Of a DNA stretch of 64,000 bases, positions 9,780 to 20,093 are shown piece by piece. The notes below the pieces were generated by a model, which saw only the letters and a list, made by a program, of their open reading frames with translations, had not been told where the DNA came from and did not search any database. Position 1 is the first letter of the stretch, and every line of letters starts with the position of its first letter. The position numbers and the translations under genes were made by a program. The stretch is from Terriglobia bacterium. GTDB lineage: Bacteria > Acidobacteriota > Terriglobia > 2-12-FULL-54-10. The stretch is taken from positions 512,001 to 576,000 of the forward strand of contig CAXVYR010000003.1 of NCBI GenBank assembly GCA_963666975.2. Direction: 5' to 3'.

Positions 9780-12575
9780 CTAGCGCACTGCGACCGTGGC
9801 GCTGCCGGTTGAGAGAATCCCGTCCACTGAAATCTCCACGGGCACCTCGCCCGACGGTATGCCAGCCGGCACCCTCACGTTAATCTGGTAGAGACCGACA
9901 AATCCAGGAGCCATGCCTGCAAAGTCAACCGTGGCAGGCTGGCCGCCAATGTTTACCTGCACGTTCCCGGTGACCGTGGTCAGCCCATCGGTAGCATTAC
10001 CCGTCTCCACCGCCGGGTCGACAGCGCCCAGTCCGGTGGCATAAAGTACAATCACCTCGCCGGCCGCGGCTGGATTGGAGGCATTGACAGGCGCGAAGTT
10101 GCTATGGAAGATGGCGCCTGATCCCTGGCCGGTTTGCGAAAGCGTAAAGAGCGCGGGTACAGCGGGGCCGAGGGCAATAGTTTCCGGAGCGCTGAGCACG
10201 CCGTTGTTGTTCACTAACACCTCAGCCTGGGACAGTCCATCCAATTCGAAGGGCACTTGCAGGTTGATTTGATCGGTGTTGCCTCTAACTGCGGCCAGCA
10301 GTGGTGCAGAAAAACCACCGATACTCACGCTGACCCCGCCCAGGCTCTGCGGCAGCGGGATACTGGTGGCAAGCCCGCCACTACCCGCCAGGCCCGTGCC
10401 AAACAAAGACATCAATGCGCCGGGAGCCAATGGCGTAGGTGATGCAGCGAAGCTGGCCGTGTTGACCGCGCCTGCCGGGAAAATAACCGTCAAGGTTCCC
10501 GAAGAAGCTTCCATGTCGCCCGAGACGGCGAAGCTGGGCGACTGCACGCCCAGCACCTGCGCCGACCCGGTTAAGGTAAGAGGGCCGCTGGAAAGAGCGC
10601 GGAAGACCGTGGCGTACTCTCCGCCGCCCAAGTCCTCCAGCACCAGGTCCGGTTCGGTGTTGGAAGAACTCACCACAACCGTCGCGCCTTCTACGAGCAC
10701 GCCTCCTGCATCCAGCAATAAGACGCCAACGTTCATAGGCAAGTCCGCTTGGGTGATAAAACCGCCCTCCGGTTCTGTGAACAGAGGCACCAGCGGCGGA
10801 AACGGGAAGATAGCCGCTCGCGGCGGACCTCCCGCCGTGGTAATAATGACCTCTGCTCTTACTATCAGCTTTACCACCAACGTGACCGGTGAGGCACCGC
10901 TTTCTGCAACCGGAGTGAATACGATCGATCCACTGTAGACTCCGGCCGCAAGACCTGTGATATCTACGGAGACCGCTGCTTCCACGGGCGCTGTGCCCGA
11001 TTCAGGTGGAAAGATAAGCCAATCTCCGCCCGATACTGTAGAAACGGTGGGGTTCCACACGATGCTGGCTGCGCCTTTCGGCTCCAACTCCACTTCCTTG
11101 GCCTCCGGGTTCGCGCCGCCTTCCACGGCGACAAACGCCATCCCGCCGGGTCGTAGCTTCAACCGGGGAGTATCCTCCTCACCAAAAACTTTCAAAGCAA
11201 CGTGCACGTTGTGCACTTCCTTGGCTGCGCCGGGAACCATGACCTCGATGTTGCCGGTATAAACTCCCGGCTCCAGGGCCAGGGCAACTGCCGAAACCAC
11301 CGTAACGGTGATTTCACCTGGCACGGCCCCCGAGTCGTTAGTGATGTTGAGCCAATCGCCTCCGCGGGCCGTCTCGGCCGTAGCGGTGAAAGTCAATCCA
11401 ACTGCCTCGCTCTTCACCTCCAAGACGCGCGATTCAGGCGAGACGGTTCCCTCAGCCACGGAGAATTGCAGTACTTTAGGTCTTACACGGACACGAGGTT
11501 CCGCAGGACCCAGAATACGCAGAAAGACACGGGCCGTTTGGCTGACTTCCCCGGCGGTCACGGTGACCAAGCCGGAATACATTCCGGGTGGAAGTCCGGT
11601 TGGGTCGACCGCTATCTCGACTTCAGCTTCCCCGACGCCTGCGTCGGGGTCGATAGTGAGCCACATGCCGCCGTCCGGCGTCTCTACCGTTGCCGTTGCA
11701 GCCCATTCGAGCGTTCCGGCCCCCGCGTTTTTGATCCTGAGTTCCTTTGGTTCTAGCAAATTTTCGTTATCCGGGCCCTCACCACTTGAATCATTATTCG
11801 GCTTGACGATGAAGTTAAAGGCGCGCGGACGGATCACCAATCTGGGTGGACGCACACCCTCGAACTCCAGTTCGACCTCCACCCTAACCGTTCTGCTGCC
11901 GCTCGTAATGGCAATCTCGCCTTCGAACTCGCCGACAGTCTGACCCTCCAATAGAACAGGATTCACGCTCACCTCGATCACGCTATCGCCCATGCCCGAG
12001 AGAGGGAACACGGTGAGCCACTCGACTCCCGGCGGCGTTAAGACGCTGGGCGCTGCCGTCCACTCGAAGTCCTCTCCGCCCGTATTGAAGATGTGCAGCC
12101 GGCGGCTAACAGGGGCGGGGCCGCCTTCCACCACTTTAAACTCTAGTTCGCGGGGGCGCACAATGAGCGCTCCCACACCCGGACGTCCAATGCGCAACTC
12201 CACCTGTACCTTTTCCGGACTGTCGTCCAAGCCCGGCGCGGTTACGATGATTTCACCGGAATACTCCCCTACGGCCAAGCCTGCCGTGTTCACCGATACC
12301 GTCAGCAGGGCAGGACCCGTCCCTTCCGGCGGGGGGGTTACGCTGAGCCAATCGCCGGTCATCGTCGTGACCTCGACGGTAAAGGGAAAGGAGTCGACCC
12401 CTTCCGCAGACACAGTTATCTCTCGCGGAGGCGGAGGTGTAGTTCCTGTCTGCCGGAAAAACAGCGACTCCGGACGCACTTTCAGTTCCGGTTCGTCATC
12501 ACCGTTGGCCAGCACTCCCGTGGCAGAGGTGAAGACCAGCAAAAACATCATGGCGATTGTTTTCCAGCAGCGCAT
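9780..12575 (-). CDS. Secreted protein: five BACON/Ig-like repeats, a linker Ig-like domain and a C-terminal TIGR03437 (Solibacter-type) domain
   Basis: Signal peptide; five L.V.P..L.F...WL.V...G...V.V....L..G.Y.G.I units; C-terminal PLAPGALMSLFGTGL, QINLQVP, VIVLYATGLG, PGFVGLYQINVRVP. Confidence 0.85.
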   Translation of the reverse strand: MRCWKTIAMMFLLVFTSATGVLANGDDEPELKVRPESLFFRQTGTTPPPPREITVSAEGVDSFPFTVEVTTMTGDWLSVTPPPEGTGPALLTVSVNTAGLAVGEYSGEIIVTAPGLDDSPEKVQVELRIGRPGVGALIVRPRELEFKVVEGGPAPVSRRLHIFNTGGEDFEWTAAPSVLTPPGVEWLTVFPLSGMGDSVIEVSVNPVLLEGQTVGEFEGEIAITSGSRTVRVEVELEFEGVRPPRLVIRPRAFNFIVKPNNDSSGEGPDNENLLEPKELRIKNAGAGTLEWAATATVETPDGGMWLTIDPDAGVGEAEVEIAVDPTGLPPGMYSGLVTVTAGEVSQTARVFLRILGPAEPRVRVRPKVLQFSVAEGTVSPESRVLEVKSEAVGLTFTATAETARGGDWLNITNDSGAVPGEITVTVVSAVALALEPGVYTGNIEVMVPGAAKEVHNVHVALKVFGEEDTPRLKLRPGGMAFVAVEGGANPEAKEVELEPKGAASIVWNPTVSTVSGGDWLIFPPESGTAPVEAAVSVDITGLAAGVYSGSIVFTPVAESGASPVTLVVKLIVRAEVIITTAGGPPRAAIFPFPPLVPLFTEPEGGFITQADLPMNVGVLLLDAGGVLVEGATVVVSSSNTEPDLVLEDLGGGEYATVFRALSSGPLTLTGSAQVLGVQSPSFAVSGDMEASSGTLTVIFPAGAVNTASFAASPTPLAPGALMSLFGTGLAGSGGLATSIPLPQSLGGVSVSIGGFSAPLLAAVRGNTDQINLQVPFELDGLSQAEVLVNNNGVLSAPETIALGPAVPALFTLSQTGQGSGAIFHSNFAPVNASNPAAAGEVIVLYATGLGAVDPAVETGNATDGLTTVTGNVQVNIGGQPATVDFAGMAPGFVGLYQINVRVPAGIPSGEVPVEISVDGILSTGSATVAVR

Positions 12576-12721
12576 AAAGAACCTCTTTCACGCAAAGGTC
12601 GGCGAGACTCTAGACTTATAAGGTTGCTCGGAGGGAATAGCCTATAGCATAGCTCCGATGTGCAGGCGGTTCAATAGAGCAGAAGTACTTTTCTCGGTCA
12701 AGGCCACTATTTCCGTTGAAG

Positions 12722-14401
12722 CTATTTTCTTTGCGCCGCTTCCCGGTCCTCCCCAGGCACGAGAGGCGGGACCTCCAGTCCTTCAGGCGGCCGGTTGGTG
12801 GCGCGCAGTGGAATCTCTTTCAAAAAGAAACTGATGAGGAAGGATGCCGCCATAATGCCCATGCACAGCAGGAAGACCTCCTGCATGCCAAGGCTGAAGC
12901 CCTGTTTGAAAATTTGTGAGAAGAGATCGGTCTCAGACCCTCCCTGGGCCCCGAAATCAGCCGTCGAAGGGCTCGGCTGTAGCAGGCCCCCTTCGTTCAG
13001 GAGGCGCAAAGGGTCGGCGATGCGGCTCTGCCACTCGGAAGAGAAGCCGCTTTGCCCGGCCATCATGCCGCTGATATGAGATTGCAGGCGCATCGCCAGG
13101 AAGGAGCCAAAAATCGCGGCTCCCACCGCCCCGCCGATGCTTCGGAAGAATTGGATGGAGCCGGTGACGACGCCCAGGATGCCGTGTGGAAAAGCGTTTT
13201 GAACCGAGATCGTAAAAACGGGAAAGGTCACTCCCATGCCTGCGCCTACCACGATCAGATTGCGTACGATGAGGGCGCGGGCCGGGTTTTGCTCCATGTG
13301 GGACAGGAGGAAGAATCCGGCGGCCGTCACAGCCAGCCCGCAGATGCCCAGCAGACGGTACCCGTTGGTTCTGGAGATAATCTGCCCGCCGACGACGCTG
13401 CTGATAACCATGCTGAGCATCAGCGGAGTCAATACCATGCCGGCGTCGGTGGCAGTGGAGCCGACAACCACCTGTATGAACAGGGGGATAAACGTGACGG
13501 TGCCGAACATTGCGGCCGCCACCAGAAACACCACCGAGGCGGAGACCATGAATATGGGGTTCTCGAATAAGAAGAGGGGTTGGAGAGGATCCTCGGCCGT
13601 CCGCTCGTTGAGAACGAAAAGGATCAGCATGGCCGCCGCGAAGCCCAGCAACCCGCCCACTTGCGGCGAGAACCACGGATAGGCGCGTCCTGCCCAGTTG
13701 AAGGCCAACAGCATAGGGATAACGCCCGCCACCAGCAAGGCTACCCCCTTGTAGTCAATGGGGAGCCGGGTGCCCGTTCGGGCAAACGGCGGCATGGCGA
13801 AGAAAAGTATGGCGGCCGCAACGAAGCCGATCGGGAGATTGATGAAGAAGACCCAGCGCCAGCTCAGATGGTCCGTAAGGTATCCCCCCGCCAAAGGGCC
13901 AAAAACGCTGGCAATCCCAAAGACTGCGCCGACGATGCCCTGCCACTTGCCGCGCTCTGCGGGCGGGAAGATGTCGCCGATGACGGTAAAGGTATTGGCC
14001 ATAATCGCGCCGGCGCCGATTCCTTGAATGCTGCGGAATACAATGAGTTGGGTCATCGTGAAGGAAAATCCGCTCAGGATGGAGCCCAGCATGAAGATGC
14101 CCAGGCCTGCGAGGTAGACGCGCTTCCGTCCGTAGAGATCGGAGAGTTTTCCGGCGACGGGAATGGCGGTGGTAGAGGCCAGCATGTAGGAGGTAAACAC
14201 CCAGGCAAAGTGAGCAAACCCGCCCATCTCTTCCACCACTGTAGGCAGAGCTGTTGCCACTACTGTTTGGTCCAGCGCAGCCAACAACAAGCCGGTCAGC
14301 GTCCCGGCTAGGACAGACGCTGTCCTGAGCTTGGAATGGCCTCCAACCCATGCTGTTCCCGACGGGGCGGGCATTTGTTCTATATTCTGTTTTTCAGCCA
14401 T
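12722..14401 (-). CDS. DHA2/MDR family MFS efflux transporter (14-TM type)
   Basis: [46 protein letters not shown]; start at ATG 14401 inferred. Confidence 0.93.
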   Translation of the reverse strand: MAEKQNIEQMPAPSGTAWVGGHSKLRTASVLAGTLTGLLLAALDQTVVATALPTVVEEMGGFAHFAWVFTSYMLASTTAIPVAGKLSDLYGRKRVYLAGLGIFMLGSILSGFSFTMTQLIVFRSIQGIGAGAIMANTFTVIGDIFPPAERGKWQGIVGAVFGIASVFGPLAGGYLTDHLSWRWVFFINLPIGFVAAAILFFAMPPFARTGTRLPIDYKGVALLVAGVIPMLLAFNWAGRAYPWFSPQVGGLLGFAAAMLILFVLNERTAEDPLQPLFLFENPIFMVSASVVFLVAAAMFGTVTFIPLFIQVVVGSTATDAGMVLTPLMLSMVISSVVGGQIISRTNGYRLLGICGLAVTAAGFFLLSHMEQNPARALIVRNLIVVGAGMGVTFPVFTISVQNAFPHGILGVVTGSIQFFRSIGGAVGAAIFGSFLAMRLQSHISGMMAGQSGFSSEWQSRIADPLRLLNEGGLLQPSPSTADFGAQGGSETDLFSQIFKQGFSLGMQEVFLLCMGIMAASFLISFFLKEIPLRATNRPPEGLEVPPLVPGEDREAAQRK

Positions 14402-14842
14402 CCAGCCGTGTCCCTTTTTTCGGCAGGGCGCGCGTCCCGGATCCCTTTCAAGCAATGTCCAACAGGCTCTTTCGGCTGCGGGTATGCCGCAAGATAAGTC
14501 CCCAGCCGGATTCCAATCCTGGGCCGAGAGCAACTTCACCATCCTAAATTAAACGTTTCCGTTTGTGCATGCCCGGGTGAGCGAAAGCCCTGCGGAATGG
14601 CGAAGATTATCCACTAGAAGAGTGGAAGCGTCAACCCGCCGAACGAAGGAGGGAACATTTATGGAATTGTCCGGAGATTTCTGCCGGGGATGTTTCCCTG
14701 GAGTTGGAACCCAGCTTGACAGTATTTGGGCTATCGGTCATTCTTCTCATCGTTTCATCGTTCGCATGTTGGATTCTTCTATCTGGCAAGTGGTACTGGC
14801 CGAACCGCTGAAGGGTTGCGGCGGTTTACCGGGAGGGACCGT

Positions 14843-15631
14843 TTGGACGTTCTAGCTTTCGGCACTCATCCGGACGATTTGGAAATTGCCTGCGCCGGGA
14901 CGCTGATCCTTCTGGCAAACCAGGACCATCAAGTCGGGGCGGTGGACCTGACCAGAGGGGAGCTTGGAACGCGGGGGACGGAGGGAATCCGCGCCCAGGA
15001 GACCGCCGCAGCGAACCAACACCTCAAGCTTTCCGTGCGGGAAAATTTGGGCATCCCGGATGGCCGCGTGGAAAAAAACCAAGAGAACTTGCTGAAGGTG
15101 ATCCGCTCCATCCGCCAGCATCGGCCGCGGCTCGTACTGGCGCCCTACTGGGAGGGGCGGCATTATGACCACATCCATGCCAGCCATTTGGTGGCGGAGG
15201 CAGCTTTCTACTCCGGTCTATCTAAAATCGAAACCGGGCAGGAAAGCTTTCGTCCGTTCCGCGTTTTGTTTTATGTCAGCCGGGTCGGTTTCCATCCATC
15301 TTTTGTGGTGGACATCTCGGAGAGCTTTGACGCTAAGATGAAGGCTGTTCAGAGCTACCGCTCCCAATTCTATAAAGACCAGCAGTCCGGCGCAGGCGGC
15401 GCGCCAGCGACCGAACAGGAAACCGAACCGGAGACCGAGCCGGAAACCATGATCAGCACCCCGCTTGCGCTGGAAGTGCTGGAAACGATGTCACGCTACT
15501 ACGGAGCGATGATTGGGGCTCGGTATGGAGAGCCGTTCTTGGTCCGAGAACCCCTGGAGATTCCGGACATGGTAAGCTTTTTTCGTGTCTTCCCGGACTC
15601 CAAGCAGGCGCATCTTTTCCCGCCGCGCTAA
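14843..15631 (+). CDS. bshB1: Bacillithiol biosynthesis deacetylase BshB1 (PIG-L/LmbE family)
   Basis: GGAGG RBS then TTG; HPDDLE, DLTRGELGTRG, RHYDH, YRSQF; directly upstream of bshA. Confidence 0.9.
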   Translation: MDVLAFGTHPDDLEIACAGTLILLANQDHQVGAVDLTRGELGTRGTEGIRAQETAAANQHLKLSVRENLGIPDGRVEKNQENLLKVIRSIRQHRPRLVLAPYWEGRHYDHIHASHLVAEAAFYSGLSKIETGQESFRPFRVLFYVSRVGFHPSFVVDISESFDAKMKAVQSYRSQFYKDQQSGAGGAPATEQETEPETEPETMISTPLALEVLETMSRYYGAMIGARYGEPFLVREPLEIPDMVSFFRVFPDSKQAHLFPPR

Positions 15632-15682
15632 GCCTGCCATACTGTTCTATCGAAATACTCTACGGAGGAAATTTCACCCAAG

Positions 15683-16831
15683 ATGAAGATCGGCATTACC
15701 TGTTATCCCACGTACGGTGGAAGCGGAGTGGTGGGCACGGAACTGGGCATCGAGATGGCCGCTCGCGGGCATGAAGTGCATTTTATCAGCTCCTCCCTGC
15801 CGATTCGGTTGCGCCAGCCCAACCCGCTGATCACCTTCCACGAAGTGGAGGTGATGACCTATCCGCTGTTTGAATATCCGCCCTATGCGCTGGCCCTGGC
15901 TACCAAGATGGCTGCGGTTGCCGAGTCGGCTTCGCTCGACCTGTTGCACCTGCACTACGCCATTCCCCATTCGGTGAGCGCCTTCCTGGCGCGAGCAATG
16001 CACGCCCCGAAAAAGTTGCCGTTCATCACCACGCTGCACGGGACCGACATTACTCTAGTAGGCGTGAATAGTTCTTACTTGGGCATCACTCGCTTCGCCA
16101 TTGAGCAAAGCGACTTGGTGACGGCAGTCTCGCAATACCTTAAAGATAAGACCATTGAAGAGTTTGAAACAAAAAATAATATTGAAGTAATACATAACTT
16201 TGTAAACTGTGAGCTATATTGTAAAAATCTTGACGAAGCCTTTCGCCGGACCTTTGCGCCCGATGGCGAAAAACTTCTAGTGCACCTCTCGAACTTCCGG
16301 CCTGTCAAGCGGGTTATGGACGTGATGGAAATTTTTGCCCGTGTGCGGGAGAAGGTGCCTTCTAAATTGCTTCTAATCGGCGATGGCCCGGACCGGACGG
16401 CTGCGGAAACGCTGGCGCATAAGAAGGGAATTCACCAGCATACTTTCTTCCTGGGCAAGCAGGAGAATGTGGAACAGACGCTGGGCATTGCCGATGTTCT
16501 GCTGCTGCCGAGCGAGATGGAATCTTTTGGACTGGCTGCGCTGGAGGCAATGGCCTGCGAGGCGCCGCCGGTGGCCAGCCGCGTTGGAGGAGTGCCCGAA
16601 GTGATTACCCACGGGGTGGATGGATTTCTCGCCGATCCCGGCGATATCCAGAGGATGGCTGACTACGCCATTCAGTTGCTCGGGAATGCTGCTTTACATG
16701 CTGAAGTTTCCCAGGCAGCTCGGCAGACGGCGTTGAAAAGGTTTTGCGCTTCTCTGATCATTCCCGCTACGAAGAGCTTTACCGGCGGGTACTCGAACAA
16801 GCCGGTTGAAAAATCAGAATCTATCCCATAG
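15683..16831 (+). CDS. bshA: N-acetyl-alpha-D-glucosaminyl L-malate synthase (GT4); C-terminal tail apparently frameshifted near 16764
   Basis: MKIGITCYPTYGGSG, HLHYAIPHS, TTLHGTD, HLSNFRPVKR, ESFGLAALEAM. Confidence 0.95.
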   Translation: MKIGITCYPTYGGSGVVGTELGIEMAARGHEVHFISSSLPIRLRQPNPLITFHEVEVMTYPLFEYPPYALALATKMAAVAESASLDLLHLHYAIPHSVSAFLARAMHAPKKLPFITTLHGTDITLVGVNSSYLGITRFAIEQSDLVTAVSQYLKDKTIEEFETKNNIEVIHNFVNCELYCKNLDEAFRRTFAPDGEKLLVHLSNFRPVKRVMDVMEIFARVREKVPSKLLLIGDGPDRTAAETLAHKKGIHQHTFFLGKQENVEQTLGIADVLLLPSEMESFGLAALEAMACEAPPVASRVGGVPEVITHGVDGFLADPGDIQRMADYAIQLLGNAALHAEVSQAARQTALKRFCASLIIPATKSFTGGYSNKPVEKSESIP

Positions 16832-16887
16832 TCTTGGAGTAGTTTTTGAAGATAAATTTCAATCCTTTGCAATAGAGGAGACAAACC

Positions 16888-19554
16888 TTGCGGCACCGCC
16901 TGGCGATTAAAACACTCGCTGCGATCCTGGCAGTTCTTTTACTCGGAACCCTGTGGCTTTACAGAGATCAACCGCAGGCTCTTGCCTCCGAATCCGCAGA
17001 CGCCGCGGCGATCGCCGAAGCGATTGACCGGCTGCCCGTGGTCGGCTCGCTTCTCTTGATCGCTGCCCACCCGGACGATGAAAATAGCCAACTGCTGCCT
17101 TACTTGGCGCGCGGATTGCATCTGCGCACAGCGTACCTTTCGGCCACGCGGGGAGATGGCGGGCAAAACCTGCTTGGGAACGAGCAATACGAGGCGCTGG
17201 GAATATTGCGGACCGAAGAATTGCTGGCGGCGCGTCGGCTCGATGGCGCGGAACAATTTTTCGCCCAGGCTTTCGACTTCGGTTTTTCCAAAAGCGCGGA
17301 AGAAACGCTGGAAAAATGGGGCCGGGAACAAGTCCTGGGCGATTTTGTGCGTGTGATTCGCAAATTCCGTCCTGACATCATCATTTCCCGCTTCACCGGC
17401 ACCAGCAGGGACGGCCATGGTAATCACCAAGCGGCCGGCATCCTGACACGGGAAGCCTTCCGGGCCGCCGCCGATCCGCAGCGCTTCCCGGAGCAAATCG
17501 AAGCAGGGTTGCGTCCCTGGCAAGCCTCCAAATTGTTTCTGAACCTGCGAGGCGCAGAGGCCGATTCGGTCACAGTGAGCCTCGAAGGATTTGATCCTCT
17601 CTACGGAAGAACCTATGCAGAGATCGGGACTGAAGCGCGCAGCATGCATCGCAGCCAGGGCATGGGAAGATCCCGTGGCCGTGGGCCTTACTTTGCTTCC
17701 TTTAGTTTGCTGGATTCGGCTTCTCCCGCCGCAGGTCCGCCGGAAGGCTTGCCGAAAGGTTTGTATGACGGGATGGATCTGACCCTGAACCGCTTCACGC
17801 AGCTTTCTGGAGGCTCCGCCGCAGTGGCGCGCCGTGTCCGTTCCATTGAGCAGGATATTGAGACGGCAAGGAAAATGCTTTCGCCCACCCAGCCGAGCGC
17901 TGTGCTGCCCTCGCTGGCCCGTGGTTTGGACCGATTGCGGGAGCTTCGCAACGATATCCAGCAAGCGCAGCAGTCAGAACAACAGAGGGACCATGCGCTG
18001 TTCTTGCTTGCTTTGAAGGAAGCTGATTTTGTCCGCGCCATCGGCATGGCTGCGGGGGTGCAGGTCGATGCCTTAGCGGACAGCGCGGAGGTTGTGCCCT
18101 CGGAGCCGTTCACCGTTACGGTTACCGGCATGGTGCGCGGCCCGGAGTCCCTGCAATTGGGGGAGGTCATGTTGCAGGGGCCGGACGGGTGGAAGATTGA
18201 GAAACTTGTTCCTGATGCTGCGCCCGGCGGGAGCGGCGACCATACGGAAGCAAAATTCCGGGTCACCATGCCGGGAGATACTCCGGTTTCGCAGCCTTAC
18301 TGGATGGTCGAGCCGCGTGAGGGCGCCTACTTTCCGGTAACGGATGTTCCCTGGATCGGAGCGGCTCAAAATCCTGCTTTGCTTACGGGGAGCGTTCAAT
18401 ATGCGGTCGCGAGCGAAGGGAACCCGGTGGAGGTCGTGCAGCAGTCGGATGTGATCTACCGGTTTTACGACCGCATCTATGGGAAGCAGGAACAGCCGGT
18501 GAGCGTTGTGCCGGACTTGGGCATTTGGGTGGAGCCTGCGGTTGCGATTTTTCCGCTGGATTCTGACGAGCCGCAAGCGCTGCTGGTGAAGCTCCGCAAC
18601 AATACTTCCGCAGAGCAGCAGGGAGTGCTGCGGTTGGCCCTTCCATCAGGCTGGCAATCCAACCCGTCCAGGAGACCTTTTACCCTGGCGAAGCGCGGGG
18701 AAGAGATTTCTGCCCGGTTTGATGTTTCCGCGCCGGCTGCGAAACTTCCCGGTGGCGCCGAAGCGCAATCCCTTGCAGTGAAAGCGGTGGCCGAGGCGAA
18801 AGGACAATCCTATTCTACCAGTTATGAAGTCGTGAACTATCCGCACGTCCAGGCGCGGCATTGGTTCCGGCCTGCGGCCTCAGAACTGTTGCGGTTCGAC
18901 GTGAAAATTGCTTCAGGGCTGCGGGTTGGCTACATTATGGGTTCCGGCGATAGCGTGCCGGGAGCATTGGAGCGCCTGGGAGTCTCGGTCGAGCAGCTTG
19001 GTCCGGAGGCACTGGCGTTCGGGAATTTGGGAGAGTTCGACGCCGTTGTCACCGGCATCCGCGCCTATGAGGTGCGCGATGACCTGGTCATCCATCACGA
19101 CCGCCTGATGGAATACGTCCGCGACGGCGGGACGATGATCGTGCAGTATAGCAGGCCGTTTGGAATCAGCCCGCCGATCGGTCCCTATCCCATGGACCAG
19201 GGCGGCAGAGCCGCGCCACGGATTACGGTGGAGGAAGCGCCGCTTGAAATCCTCGAACCCTCCCATCCCGTCTTTCAATCTCCGAACCGGATCACGGAAA
19301 AAGATTTTGCGGGCTGGGTCCAGGAGCGGGGCCTTTATTTTATGGTCTCCTGGGACCCGCAATATCACGCCCTGGTTTCGAGCCATGACCCGGGCGAGCC
19401 GGACTTGAAAGGGGGTATGCTGGTCGCCTCTTACGGTGAGGGCCTGTACGTCTACTCCGCCTACTCCTGGTTCCGCCAGTTGCCTGCCGGTGTGCCGGGA
19501 GCCTATCGAATCTTTGCCAATTTGCTGAGTTTGGGTAAAGCGCCTGCCAGGTAG
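16888..19554 (+). CDS. Large exported PIG-L/LmbE family deacetylase with NEW3-like and C-terminal GATase-like domains
   Basis: Signal/TM N-terminus; AHPDDE, TRGDGGQN, HGNHQ, HRSQGMG; WVQERGLYF, FRQLPAGVPGAYRIFANL. Confidence 0.9.
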   Translation: MRHRLAIKTLAAILAVLLLGTLWLYRDQPQALASESADAAAIAEAIDRLPVVGSLLLIAAHPDDENSQLLPYLARGLHLRTAYLSATRGDGGQNLLGNEQYEALGILRTEELLAARRLDGAEQFFAQAFDFGFSKSAEETLEKWGREQVLGDFVRVIRKFRPDIIISRFTGTSRDGHGNHQAAGILTREAFRAAADPQRFPEQIEAGLRPWQASKLFLNLRGAEADSVTVSLEGFDPLYGRTYAEIGTEARSMHRSQGMGRSRGRGPYFASFSLLDSASPAAGPPEGLPKGLYDGMDLTLNRFTQLSGGSAAVARRVRSIEQDIETARKMLSPTQPSAVLPSLARGLDRLRELRNDIQQAQQSEQQRDHALFLLALKEADFVRAIGMAAGVQVDALADSAEVVPSEPFTVTVTGMVRGPESLQLGEVMLQGPDGWKIEKLVPDAAPGGSGDHTEAKFRVTMPGDTPVSQPYWMVEPREGAYFPVTDVPWIGAAQNPALLTGSVQYAVASEGNPVEVVQQSDVIYRFYDRIYGKQEQPVSVVPDLGIWVEPAVAIFPLDSDEPQALLVKLRNNTSAEQQGVLRLALPSGWQSNPSRRPFTLAKRGEEISARFDVSAPAAKLPGGAEAQSLAVKAVAEAKGQSYSTSYEVVNYPHVQARHWFRPAASELLRFDVKIASGLRVGYIMGSGDSVPGALERLGVSVEQLGPEALAFGNLGEFDAVVTGIRAYEVRDDLVIHHDRLMEYVRDGGTMIVQYSRPFGISPPIGPYPMDQGGRAAPRITVEEAPLEILEPSHPVFQSPNRITEKDFAGWVQERGLYFMVSWDPQYHALVSSHDPGEPDLKGGMLVASYGEGLYVYSAYSWFRQLPAGVPGAYRIFANLLSLGKAPAR

Positions 19555-19562
19555 TTCGCAGA

Positions 19563-19919
19563 CTACAGCGGTTTCACAAAAGGTGTATAGGACTCGACAG
19601 TCAAAGAAGCTACCCACTCGCTTACGCTCGTGGCTCGGTTTTCGATTCCCCTTGCAGGCCGAATCCGAGCCGCGACTGTAAAGGAGCGGGTTTTCGTGGA
19701 TGTCGCCGCCACTGCGCGCTGCTGTACACCATCTGTGAAAAGGCCCAAACCATCAGAGCCGCGCGCGCCTGTCCCGCCTGCCCTGAGCAGCGTCGAAGGG
19801 AGCGAAGCCGAGGGATCAGCAAGCGGTCACGCACGTTCGAGGATTCACCGTAAGGTTGGGACCGCTCCATTACTGTCGCGGCTCTGATTGGCTACACACC
19901 AACTCTGAAACTGCTATAG
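19563..19919. mobile_element. Composite non-autonomous MITE/REPIN-like element with four 25-nt REP units and nested insertions
   Basis: Imperfect terminal IRs CTACAGCGGTTTCAC / CTGAAACTGCTATAG; REP units at 19614-19638(-), 19665-19689(+), 19754-19826(+, interrupted), 19862-19886(-). Confidence 0.75.
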
Positions 19920-19999
19920 AACAGAACAATACTTCCCTTTTGTGACAAATTCAGGGATTCCTTGATCGTCGGGTAAGGGAGGAAGACAGGAGTCAGGAG

Positions 20000-20093
20000 G
20001 GGTAGCCACGGCAAATTGGCGGTTTAAATTTGCCGTGGGTTTGTAAATTCATGAAAGGCCCACGGCGAGAAAAAGCGCTCACCGTGGCTACCC
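20000..20093. repeat. GTAG-type REP doublet (REPIN-like)
   Basis: GGGTAGCCACGGC...GCCGTGGG and inverted CCCACGGC...ACCGTGGCTACCC; overlaps the methyltransferase stop codon. Confidence 0.75.

Noticed and set aside
19563-19887. Short track ORFs at 19563-19887, 44569-44775, 55522-55784 and 20970-21176
   Set aside because: They are translations of the palindromic repeats, not genes
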